From Chloroflexota bacterium (lineage in GTDB: Bacteria; Chloroflexota; Chloroflexia; QHBQ01; JADMIH01): a stretch of 64,000 bases of DNA. Below the pieces are notes generated by a model. The model had not been told where the DNA came from. It saw only the letters and a program-made list of their open reading frames with translations, and ran no database searches. Made by a program: the position numbers and the translations under genes. This document shows positions 28,641-37,032 of the stretch, piece after piece. Location of the stretch: the NCBI GenBank assembly GCA_039932335.1, contig JBDTQH010000024.1, forward strand, positions 5,959 through 69,958. The letters run 5' to 3'. Position 1 is the first letter of the stretch; every line of letters starts with the position of its first letter.

Positions 28641-28748
28641 ACGCGTGAAACGTGAAACGTGAGGCGTGAAACGTGGGTTACTGCGTAAAACGTAAAGCGT
28701 AAAACGTAAAACCATAATAACGATGGCGTCTTGGCGTCTTGGCGTTTC
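28641..28748. repeat. Heptamer tandem array (CGTGAAA/CGTAAAA x~9) followed by a (GGCGTCTT) x2.5 octamer array
   Basis: acgcGTGAAACGTGAAACGTGAGGCGTGAAACGTGGG..TACTGCGTAAAACGTAAAGCGTAAAACGTAAAACC; then GGCGTCTTGGCGTCTTGGCGTTT. It starts 8 nt after the GT2 stop. Confidence 0.9.
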
Positions 28749-28847
28749 AAAACCGGATTTGGAGTTGGGATAGGGCTAACAACCGGCGGGGTGATACCTC
28801 GTTATAGTCAGGGGCGATAAGCCTGGCAAAAGACTCGGCACAGCAAC

Positions 28848-29891
28848 ATGAGACGTATTCTCTTTCTACTTCTAGGGCTGATCATAAGCGTTGGAGCAAT
28901 TTACTTTGCGTTCCAGGGGTTCAACCTGGCCGATGTTTGGGTTTCTATGGGCAGAGTGCGGCTCCCGTTCTTCCTGCTCATGATCGTTCCCTATGTGCTG
29001 ACCTTCCTTACTAAAGTCTGGCGCTGGCAGGTGCTGTTCCACCCAGACGAGGCGCGCGCTCCTTTCCGCATCCTCTTCCCTACGCTGATGATCTCCTACA
29101 TCCCGCTTCCGTTCAGGCTGGGCGAGGTTGCGCGGGGTGCCGTTGCCAGTGCCCGCAGCGGTGTGCCTGCTGCACGCGTCTTCTCCACTATCTTCGTCGA
29201 GAAGGTGCTGGACGTGCTTACCCTGCTGCTATTCCTCGGCATCGGCCTCCCCTTCGTTGACCTGCCCGATACTTCCGGGCGCGACTCGCTTATTTTAGTG
29301 GGCGTTGTGGTGCTGGTGCTCGTGGTGCTGATGATAGCGATTGTGTTGAGGCCCGAGATCGCCCGCAATCTGGTCAAGTTTGTCAGCCGCCCGCTCCCGC
29401 CAGGCATCGGCGCGCGCCTCCTCGACATCACCGAGAACGTACTGAAAGGGCTTGCACCGCTCGCGAACATTTCTATCGCCTTGCGTGTTGGCTTCTGGTC
29501 GATTGCCACGTGGGGCATCAACATGGTCACGGTCTACCTGATGATGCTCGCGTTCAACATAGAGGTTACGCCCGTGGCCGCTGTTGTGCTGGTGGTCGCC
29601 ACCAACCTGAGCATGGCAATTCCTGCTGCACCCGGCTACGTCGGCACATTTGAGGCGGCGGTCGTCGCAGTGCTCATGGCCCTCGGCCAGTCTCGCGACG
29701 TCAGCCAGTCGTTCGCAATCATCTACCACTTTGTGGGACTCGTGCCTGTCGCCGCCATCGGCGCGATAGCAGCCTTACAGCAAGGTATCAACTTCTCCAC
29801 GCTCGGACAATCAGGCGCCAGCCCAACGCCCGCACCCATCGACGGCCCCCAACCCGCAACCGGCAAGCCACGCTCACCGGAGGGGTCTTGA
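28848..29891 (+). CDS. Flippase-like domain protein (lysylphosphatidylglycerol-synthase TM region / UPF0104 family)
   Basis: ~8 TM helices with the N-terminal IYFAFQGFNLADVW... pattern typical of LPG_synthase_TM/TIGR00374 proteins, which often sit next to GT2 genes. Confidence 0.65.
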   Translation: MRRILFLLLGLIISVGAIYFAFQGFNLADVWVSMGRVRLPFFLLMIVPYVLTFLTKVWRWQVLFHPDEARAPFRILFPTLMISYIPLPFRLGEVARGAVASARSGVPAARVFSTIFVEKVLDVLTLLLFLGIGLPFVDLPDTSGRDSLILVGVVVLVLVVLMIAIVLRPEIARNLVKFVSRPLPPGIGARLLDITENVLKGLAPLANISIALRVGFWSIATWGINMVTVYLMMLAFNIEVTPVAAVVLVVATNLSMAIPAAPGYVGTFEAAVVAVLMALGQSRDVSQSFAIIYHFVGLVPVAAIGAIAALQQGINFSTLGQSGASPTPAPIDGPQPATGKPRSPEGS

Positions 29892-32395
29892 CGGCCACTC
29901 TACCCGGATTGCTCCAACCCTGGGGTATCGCACTCTTTGCCGCCATCGCGATTATCGCTTATGCGGTCGCTTATCTATGGCATCGCGCCGACAGGCACCG
30001 GCCCGCTATTCACCTTGATGTGCTGGCGCTCGCTTTCCTCGCCCTGATGACAGGCGGCTTTTTCTGGCGCGTGTTGACAGAGTCGGGCATTATGATGCCC
30101 ACCGGAGGCGGCGATATTGCCGCGCTATACTTCCCCACATACTCCTACGCCGCTGCCGAGATCAAGGCAGGTTCGCTGCCGCTCTGGAATCCGCATATCT
30201 TCTCCGGTATGCCGCTCGCGGCTGATGTGCAGTCGGGTCTCTTCTATCCGGTCAACTGGATACTCTTCCTCTTCGTAAAGATTGAGTACGGCGCGCTCGA
30301 ATGGCTGCTAATCTTCCATTACTGGCTCGCCTCGGCGTTTACATATCTCTTCCTGCGCGACCTTAAGCTGGGCAGGCCTGCGGCCCTGGTCGGCGGCATC
30401 GTCTTCGGATTCTGCGGCTTCATGACCGCCCACTTCGGCCACCTGCCAATGATACTGGTAGCATCGTGGATACCCGCCACACTGCTGGCGTTCCGCCGTG
30501 CCTACTTCGCCCCATCGTTCGGCGGCTGGGTATGGAGCATTGTAGCAGGCGTGTGTATTGCCATGTCGTTTCTTGCCGGGCACGCACAGGTATTCTCCTA
30601 TGGCCTGATGGCAGCAGGCCTTCTCTGGCTCTATCTGCTCTTCAGCGCGAAGCCCCTTACATTACGCGGCGCGTTACCCTGGGTGGCGAAGGGCGCTACA
30701 GCCATAGTAGTGTTCGCGGGCCTGTGTGCCCTCCAGCTCCTTCCGAGCGTGGAATTGAGCGCGCAATCGGTCCGCTCGTCCATAAGCTACGAGGAAGCGG
30801 GTGCTTTCGCTGCCCAACCTATCACCCTGCTCAATCTCTTTCTGCCGCGAGTCTACGGCTCCAACCCTTCCAACTACAGCCCCAGCGACTGGCAGAGCAC
30901 CGAGAACTGGGCCTATTGCGGCGTGGTTGCTCTCGCCCTGGCGGCTGCGGGCCTTCTCATGCGCAAGAATCGCATGGTCGGTTTCTTCGCTATACTTTCG
31001 GCTCTCGCTCTTCTCATCATGGTGGGTGATCTCACTATACTTGGCGCGTGGTTTTACAAGTTTCTGCCCGGCTTTAGCTCTCTCCGCTCCACCGGGCGCG
31101 CCTTGATTATGCTCGGTCTAGGCCTGTCGGGGCTAGCGGCATATGGCATGGACGGCCTTGTCGCCTCTCTTCAGGGGCAGGGCCGCGAGCGCCGCCACGC
31201 CTTCGGTTGGCTGATCGGCTTGAGCGCGGCCGTGGGCATAGCGTTCTTCTTCGTGATGCCGCTCTTCTTCTCAAATCTCCTGCAACTGAACGGCGCGCAA
31301 TATAGCAGGCTGCCTTTTGCTGTCAACGATCTTGGAATGCTTATTATCTGGCTGGGCCTTCTCGCCGCTATCGGCTGGGCCGCCTACCGCGGCCGTATCA
31401 CTGTGCCCGTGGCGAGTGGCGCTATTGTCATGCTGGTCGTGTTCGATCTCTTCTCGCCCAACTCGCAATTCAACCCCACGACCACCGACCTGCTTTCCGG
31501 CTACAAGAATTTCTCGGCATACTCGCTCGTCTACAAGTTCTCCCGCGATCCGGTTACAGAGATACCCCTGCGCGTGGACAGCGATGCCGACGCCCAGGAC
31601 GTCTGGCAGCCGAACACCGCTATGCTGGTGAGCGCCGACAGTGACACGAAGCTTTACGATACGGGCGGCGCGTTCAACCCGCTCAAGCTGCGCCGTTACG
31701 ATTATCTCTGGGATACCGCCAAGCACAGCCCCGACTCGCCTCTCTACGACCTCACCGGGGCGCGCTACCGCGTGCTAGCGCCCAGCACGGTTATGACCAA
31801 CACCGCCAAGTGGCGGCTGGCTGAGAAATACACCGGCTTCAACATCTACGAGAACCAGAACGCCATCCCGCGCCTCTACCTGGTGCATGACGCCCGTATA
31901 ATACCGGAAGGCTTCAACACCGTGGAGGCCGTTCGCCGCTTCAATGTCGACCCGAAGCACTCAGTTATCCTCGAATCCGGCACTGCTGTTGAGAGTACTC
32001 TGCCCGGCACAGCCGAAAACCCCCAGACCCCGTCGGGCAGTCCCCCGTCCGGCGAATCGGTAGTTGCCAGCCGCTACAGCGCGCAAGAGGTGGTCATCGA
32101 CGTAAACGCTACCGCCCCCGGCTGGGTCGTGCTCACGGACGCCTGGTATCCCGGCTGGGAGGCCACAATTGACGGCAGGAGCGTGCCCTTGGAGATCGCC
32201 TACCATGCCTACCGAGCAGTTCGCGTAGATGCAGGCGCACACACAATCACGATGCAGTTCCGCCCCGTCAGTTGGACGTGGGGCAGCCTCATCTCCCTCC
32301 TGTCTCTACTGGCTGTACTCGCCGCGCTGGCGATACTTGTGATACTACCCTGGTCGGCCATGCGCCGCGAAACGCGTACCCGCCGCACATCCTAG
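29888..32395 (+). CDS. YfhO-family polytopic membrane glycosyltransferase (GT-C-like)
   Basis: 835 aa, multi-TM N-terminal half with ...YFPTYSYAAAEIKAGSLPLWNPHIFSGMPLAADVQSGLFYP... (YfhO signature), plus a large extracytoplasmic C-terminal domain. ATGA overlap with the upstream gene. Confidence 0.8.
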   Translation: MTATLPGLLQPWGIALFAAIAIIAYAVAYLWHRADRHRPAIHLDVLALAFLALMTGGFFWRVLTESGIMMPTGGGDIAALYFPTYSYAAAEIKAGSLPLWNPHIFSGMPLAADVQSGLFYPVNWILFLFVKIEYGALEWLLIFHYWLASAFTYLFLRDLKLGRPAALVGGIVFGFCGFMTAHFGHLPMILVASWIPATLLAFRRAYFAPSFGGWVWSIVAGVCIAMSFLAGHAQVFSYGLMAAGLLWLYLLFSAKPLTLRGALPWVAKGATAIVVFAGLCALQLLPSVELSAQSVRSSISYEEAGAFAAQPITLLNLFLPRVYGSNPSNYSPSDWQSTENWAYCGVVALALAAAGLLMRKNRMVGFFAILSALALLIMVGDLTILGAWFYKFLPGFSSLRSTGRALIMLGLGLSGLAAYGMDGLVASLQGQGRERRHAFGWLIGLSAAVGIAFFFVMPLFFSNLLQLNGAQYSRLPFAVNDLGMLIIWLGLLAAIGWAAYRGRITVPVASGAIVMLVVFDLFSPNSQFNPTTTDLLSGYKNFSAYSLVYKFSRDPVTEIPLRVDSDADAQDVWQPNTAMLVSADSDTKLYDTGGAFNPLKLRRYDYLWDTAKHSPDSPLYDLTGARYRVLAPSTVMTNTAKWRLAEKYTGFNIYENQNAIPRLYLVHDARIIPEGFNTVEAVRRFNVDPKHSVILESGTAVESTLPGTAENPQTPSGSPPSGESVVASRYSAQEVVIDVNATAPGWVVLTDAWYPGWEATIDGRSVPLEIAYHAYRAVRVDAGAHTITMQFRPVSWTWGSLISLLSLLAVLAALAILVILPWSAMRRETRTRRTS

Positions 32396-32440
32396 CCAGG
32401 GCTGATGCAAAGTCGGTTACAAGCGTGTCCTCTCGGCGGT

Positions 32441-32519
32441 GTCATTCTGAACGCAGGTAAGAATCAACCTCCATAGCAATCCGCCAGGGTTAGTGATTCT
32501 TCACTCTGTTCAGAATGAC
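32441..32519. repeat. Hairpin repeat element (family GTCATTCTGAAC..GAAGAATC), one copy forming a ~30-bp imperfect stem
   Basis: GTCATTCTGAACGCAGGTAAGAATCAACCTCCATA ... GATTCTTCACTCTGTTCAGAATGAC. Related copies at 59461..59745. Confidence 0.85.
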
Positions 32520-32618
32520 AAGGTCCAGGTGGTGGCCGGTTCATCGGCATTTCCAACTTTCCATCAGCCCTGACGTCTTGGCACGCCGCTTCTGTCTCAA
32601 GCACTGTCTCGTGGTATA

Positions 32619-33443
32619 ATGGAAGAGATGGAAGCGCAAAAACGCCACAGGTGCCCCCAGTGCGGGTATGACTATGAACCCTGGATCGAGATATGTCCCG
32701 ATTGCGGCGTGCTCATCGAAGACGTGGATGCCACGCCCACCCATGCTCACTCCGGTGGTGTGCTCGGTCCTGACGATGATCCCCACTGGACAGTGGTCAC
32801 GAACGTGCCCAATGCCATTATCGGCAACCTCATCAAGAACCAGCTTGAGGACGCCGGTATTCCTGTGCTTATGCAGCGCGCCCCCAGCGCCGATATCGCA
32901 CAGTTCAGCTACAATGATTACGTGCCGCAAGATTTGCGTGTTCCCGCCCATCTGCTTGAAGATGCTCGCCGCCTTGTCTATTCGGGGCCGGACCGCAGCG
33001 CGGGCGCTCCCTTCTGGGGCAGCGACTTTGATGAAGACGACGCTGATGTTGACGACCGCCCCCCGCGCACTTCCCTTTCAGGCTCACCCGGCAATCTACC
33101 CGAAGGCTGGACGATGCTTCCAACCGAGCACGATATCCAATCGCGTATCGAGTACCAGCGTACACACGGCTCCGACACCGAAAGCTGGTACCGGAGCGAT
33201 GCCCATGCCTCTCACGCTCGTAGCATCACAAGCGACAGCACTGACAGCGATTTCGATGACGAACCGCTCGAAGTAGACAAGATTCGCTTCTCCCGCCCTT
33301 ATGAGCGCGAATACTACGATGAGACATCCGGCGGCCAGCCCAGCTGGATTCGAGTGGTCTACGGCATACTGCTGCTGGTAATAAGCCTTCCGTTCCTGTT
33401 CCAGCTTTTCCAGCAGATAATGTCCTTCCTCGACTTCCGCTAG
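32619..33443 (+). CDS. Zinc-ribbon + DUF2007-like domain protein with an acidic linker and a C-terminal TM anchor
   Basis: CPQCG...CPDCG zinc ribbon. ...HWTVVTNVPNAIIGNLIKNQLEDAGIPVLMQ resembles the DUF2007 small-domain pattern. Terminal hydrophobic helix WIRVVYGILLLVISLPFLF. Confidence 0.45.
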   Translation: MEEMEAQKRHRCPQCGYDYEPWIEICPDCGVLIEDVDATPTHAHSGGVLGPDDDPHWTVVTNVPNAIIGNLIKNQLEDAGIPVLMQRAPSADIAQFSYNDYVPQDLRVPAHLLEDARRLVYSGPDRSAGAPFWGSDFDEDDADVDDRPPRTSLSGSPGNLPEGWTMLPTEHDIQSRIEYQRTHGSDTESWYRSDAHASHARSITSDSTDSDFDDEPLEVDKIRFSRPYEREYYDETSGGQPSWIRVVYGILLLVISLPFLFQLFQQIMSFLDFR

Positions 33444-33511
33444 TTCTTTCCAGTAAAGAGGCACACAAAATCCGCCCCGACAAGGGACGGATTTCTTCTT
33501 GTTCAAGATTA

Positions 33512-34132
33512 TTACGCTTGTGGGAAGTCGGGCATCGACTTCATCTCCCTGATCTGTAAGAGATGCGCTCCCGTGTGCGCGGCTACCGCAAAAAGCCAGT
33601 CGTGAGGCGTCATATCCCTGAAGAGGCCAAAGCTCGACCTCGCGTCGCCTGTATCTTCCGGCAATTGCTTGACATAAGTAATAAAGCCGTCTACTGTCTC
33701 TTCCAACAGCTTACATAGCTCGTCGGCTTGCAAGCCCTTCCAACCTCCCGCGCCAAGGCCCGATTTCTTCTTGCCTGTGGTGGTTGTACCTTCCGGCGGC
33801 CTGGGCATCGGTGGGCGCTCGTGCCGCATGGCGCGCGTCATGTTCCACCAATGGAATGCCGTACCCGTCGCCATGTGCGTCATAATCTGTGACGTGTCGA
33901 AGTGTTCCTCATCTCCGCTCTCGTCAGGGCCGTCCGGCACTCCCGGTGCGCGGTAAGCCAGTTGCTTTTGGCTCATCCCTTCGACCTCGCGGCGCAACCC
34001 CGCAACGTTGCTGCGCAGGAAGGCGATGACCTCCTCGCGGCTATACTCGCTCGCGACATCGCCCATATGTTCCGCCTCGGCGTAAAAGCGACGCGTTAGC
34101 TCTACGACCTTTTCCAGATTAAGTTCGGGCAC
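33512..34132 (-). CDS. DinB/YfiT-like (DinB_2 superfamily) metal-dependent protein
   Basis: Four-helix-bundle His triad pattern (...THMATGTAFHWWN... and ...VAAHTGAHLLQIRE...). Confidence 0.6.
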   Translation of the reverse strand: MPELNLEKVVELTRRFYAEAEHMGDVASEYSREEVIAFLRSNVAGLRREVEGMSQKQLAYRAPGVPDGPDESGDEEHFDTSQIMTHMATGTAFHWWNMTRAMRHERPPMPRPPEGTTTTGKKKSGLGAGGWKGLQADELCKLLEETVDGFITYVKQLPEDTGDARSSFGLFRDMTPHDWLFAVAAHTGAHLLQIREMKSMPDFPQA

Positions 34133-34139
34133 CGGGCAA

Positions 34140-34895
34140 TTACCTCCCCATCTCTCCTAGCTCGTACAACGCCATAGTTAGCGCCACGACTGCTGCTGTC
34201 TCTGCTCTGAGTGTGCGCGCACCGAGCGTCACCAACAGGATACCTGCCGATTCTGCAGCCTGCATTTCCTCGCCTGTAAAGCCGCCTTCCGGCCCGACAA
34301 TAATGCTGATGCTCTCCGGCTCCGCCTCCCGAAGGGTCTCGCTCATTGAGCGTGTTGCACCCAGTGCTGGCATAATCGCGATCTGCTTACCGCTTGTGCT
34401 CTCGCGCAGTCTTGCCGCTTCAACATCAAACGCCTGTGCTAGTGTCAGCGTCTTGCCGAGCGCGGGAATAACTGCCCGCCCGCTCTGTTCGGCGGCTTCC
34501 TGTATGATGCGCTCCCAACGCTCAACTTTACCCGTACCTGGCACATCGGACACGCTCCGTGCCGCCCGCACAGGCACAAATGCCGCCGCGCCAACCTCGG
34601 TACATTTCTGTAGCGCCCATTCGAACTTATCGGCTTTGTTCAGAAGGGACAGATAGAGCGTGATCTGGCAGGCCGGCTCGCTCGTTCCCTGCCTCTTCTC
34701 AATGATCTCGCCCTTTACGTCGTCCTTGCCCAATGCTGTAAGCGTGACCACGTACTCGTAGCCGGTCCCATCGAGCAGGCATACTCGCTCACCCGGCTGC
34801 ATACGAAGCACCCTGCTTATCTGGCGCGCCGTATCACCTTCCATCTTAACTTGCTTGCTTGCCAGCGTTTCGCGCGGCACAAAGAATCGTTGCAT
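34140..34895 (-). CDS. rsmE: 16S rRNA (uracil1498-N3)-methyltransferase RsmE
   Basis: MQRFFVP...PGERVCLLDGTGYEYVV (PUA-like N-terminal domain) and IIVGPEGGFTGEE (SPOUT knot). Confidence 0.85.
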   Translation of the reverse strand: MQRFFVPRETLASKQVKMEGDTARQISRVLRMQPGERVCLLDGTGYEYVVTLTALGKDDVKGEIIEKRQGTSEPACQITLYLSLLNKADKFEWALQKCTEVGAAAFVPVRAARSVSDVPGTGKVERWERIIQEAAEQSGRAVIPALGKTLTLAQAFDVEAARLRESTSGKQIAIMPALGATRSMSETLREAEPESISIIVGPEGGFTGEEMQAAESAGILLVTLGARTLRAETAAVVALTMALYELGEMGR

Positions 34896-34913
34896 AACTA
34901 CTGGGCTACGCTG

Positions 34914-36167
34914 CTATTGGACATCGTCGCGCTCATGGCCCGCTGCCACTTTGCGCGCATTGCTCTGACGGTCAAACTGGCGCCGCGAAATATAGACGAA
35001 CAGCGCGATCAATACCAGTACCATCACGATTAGCCCACCGAACTTCAGCAAGCTAAGCGAGACATTGTGAACGTCTATGCCGAGGAACTGCTCGAAACGG
35101 GCCGGGAGCACACCGATCAGGCCGAACGCGCCGCACAGCACGACATAAATCAGCACAATCTGACCCTGACTAAAGCCTATATCCAACAGCCTGTGGTGAA
35201 GATGCCCCCGCTCCGCCGCGACCGGCGACTTGCCCCGCGCCAGCCTGTAAATAATCATGTAGACGCCGTCCAGCAGCGGCACGCCAAGCACAAGCAGTGC
35301 TGCCGCCACCTTCGCCCCGCCGATTACCGACAGCACAGCAAGAGTGAACCCCAGGAACATGGCCCCCGAATCGCCCATGAAGATGCGCGCCGGGTGCAGG
35401 TTGTATGGCAGGAAGCCCAGTATGGCCGCGGCCAGTATGAGCGGCAGGTAAGCCAGCGTCCATTGGCCCAGCACCGGCCCGGTCACCACGAAAAGCACAA
35501 CACATGCTACAGCCGACACGCTGGCCGCCAACCCATCGAGGCCGTCTATCCAGTTGATAGCGTTGGTTGTGCCGATAATCCAGAAGATCGTGAGGAAGGC
35601 TGCCAGGAACAGCGGCAACTCGATCAGGCCGCCAAATGGACTTTGCACATTTGTGGCGAGCACGCCCGCTCCCTGGTCATAATGGATTGTGCCAGCGGGG
35701 TCGCCAAGTGGGTTCGCTGCGGTTGGCGGGTTCGCGCCCCCAGGCCAGATTATGCTTGGCACGACCACCAGAGCCGCCACCCCTATCTGCCATGCCAGCC
35801 TCGGCAGCGGCTTCAACCTCTTGATGTCGTCCACAGCCATCACAGCCGTAATAATACCGGCACCCACCAGCATCAACAGCACACGACTGGTCTCATATAG
35901 CTCGTTTCCCTGTTTGCCTTGCCGCAACACGGGGAAGAGAAAAGTGAGGAGCACCCCCACAGCGAAGGCCACGAACATTGCCAGCCCGCCCAGCCTCGGC
36001 ACAGGGATCTTATGAACTCGCCTCTCCTCGTCCGGCTCGTCCACCCATCCGTGCCCAATAGCCCACCTGCGCACAAGCGGCGTCAGCCCCAGCGACACCA
36101 GCAGCGTCACCAGGAACAAACCGATCATATAAGGGAGGTGTTCTTCCCACGTAACGGGAAAAGACAA
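34914..36167 (-). CDS. Polyprenyl-phosphate N-acetylhexosamine-1-phosphate transferase (MraY/WecA/TagO family, GT4 clan)
   Basis: Conserved motifs: ...MAVDDIKRL...; ...NAINWIDGLDGLA...; FMGDSGAMFLGF; HLHHRLL. Carries a ~60-aa Gly/Pro-rich insertion in an extracytoplasmic loop. Confidence 0.85.
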   Translation of the reverse strand: MSFPVTWEEHLPYMIGLFLVTLLVSLGLTPLVRRWAIGHGWVDEPDEERRVHKIPVPRLGGLAMFVAFAVGVLLTFLFPVLRQGKQGNELYETSRVLLMLVGAGIITAVMAVDDIKRLKPLPRLAWQIGVAALVVVPSIIWPGGANPPTAANPLGDPAGTIHYDQGAGVLATNVQSPFGGLIELPLFLAAFLTIFWIIGTTNAINWIDGLDGLAASVSAVACVVLFVVTGPVLGQWTLAYLPLILAAAILGFLPYNLHPARIFMGDSGAMFLGFTLAVLSVIGGAKVAAALLVLGVPLLDGVYMIIYRLARGKSPVAAERGHLHHRLLDIGFSQGQIVLIYVVLCGAFGLIGVLPARFEQFLGIDVHNVSLSLLKFGGLIVMVLVLIALFVYISRRQFDRQSNARKVAAGHERDDVQ

Positions 36168-36183
36168 AAAGCTACTCCAAATT

Positions 36184-36384
36184 TACTGCGTACTGCGTAA
36201 GGGGTCGGGTGTCAGGGGTTAGGGGTCGGTTGCATGACCGCCGACCGCCGACGGCCATGTGCCGCTTACTCTCTTACCTCAGCACCATGCAAACCTTAAT
36301 AACCTCGGCGTAACTCAGCGCCCTCTGCGCCTCTGCCGTGAATCCGTAAATCCCTGACCCCTGACACCCGACCTCTGACCCCTC
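36184..36384. mobile_element. ~200-bp MITE-like dispersed element, copy A, with G-rich heptamer terminal inverted repeats
   Basis: TACTGCGTACTGCGTAAGGGGTCGGGTGTCAGGGGTTAGGGGTCGG ... CCCTGACCCCTGACACCCGACCTCTGACCCC. The core is ~85% identical to copy B at 46019..46219. It fills the whole gap between upp and the WecA-like gene. Confidence 0.8.
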
Positions 36385-36387
36385 GTC

Positions 36388-37014
36388 TCACGCCGTCCCG
36401 AACTGCCTATCGCCGGCGTCTCCCAGGCCGGGCACGATATAGCCCTTCTCGTTAAGATTGCTGTCCACCGCAGCAACATGTATCGGCACATCGGGGTGCT
36501 CGCTGTGCAGGCGCTCTACACCTTCAGGCGCGGCTATCAGGCCGACATACTTGATGCGGCTCGCTCCCCAGTCCTTCAGCACTTTTACTGTGGCCGAGGC
36601 AGAACCCGCCGTTGCCAGCATGGGATCGAGCACATAGCAGATGTCCACAGTGGGCTGCACAGGTAGCTTATTGTAATACTCGATTGGCAGGAGCGTGCGG
36701 TGGTCGCGGTAGAGGCCGATATGCCACACCTGGGCGGTCGGTATCAAATCGAGCGCGGCGTCCACCATCCCGACGCCCGCCCGCAAAATCGGCACAAACC
36801 CGATGCGGTCGGCGATCCTGCGGCCCTTCATGGTTGCCAGCGGGGTCTCAACGTCGATCTCTACGGTCGGCAGGTCGAGCGTTGCCTCATAGAGCAGCAG
36901 GCCCGTAATCTCGCGCACGACCTCGCGGAACTTCTTCGGCTCAGTCTTTATCGAGCGCATGAGCGCCAGCTTATGCAGCACCAGCGGATGGCTGGATACA
37001 AACACGTTGTTCAT
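36388..37014 (-). CDS. upp: Uracil phosphoribosyltransferase
   Basis: Full-length UPRTase similarity ([20 protein letters not shown]...[13 protein letters not shown]...[13 protein letters not shown]). Confidence 0.95.
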   Translation of the reverse strand: MNNVFVSSHPLVLHKLALMRSIKTEPKKFREVVREITGLLLYEATLDLPTVEIDVETPLATMKGRRIADRIGFVPILRAGVGMVDAALDLIPTAQVWHIGLYRDHRTLLPIEYYNKLPVQPTVDICYVLDPMLATAGSASATVKVLKDWGASRIKYVGLIAAPEGVERLHSEHPDVPIHVAAVDSNLNEKGYIVPGLGDAGDRQFGTA

Positions 37015-37032
37015 ACCTGTTCCTTCCACCTC

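Noticed and set aside
28641-28748. CRISPR array interpretation of the tandem repeats
   Set aside because: The repeat units are 7-8 bp with no unique spacers, and there are no cas genes. These are microsatellite-like arrays, not CRISPR.
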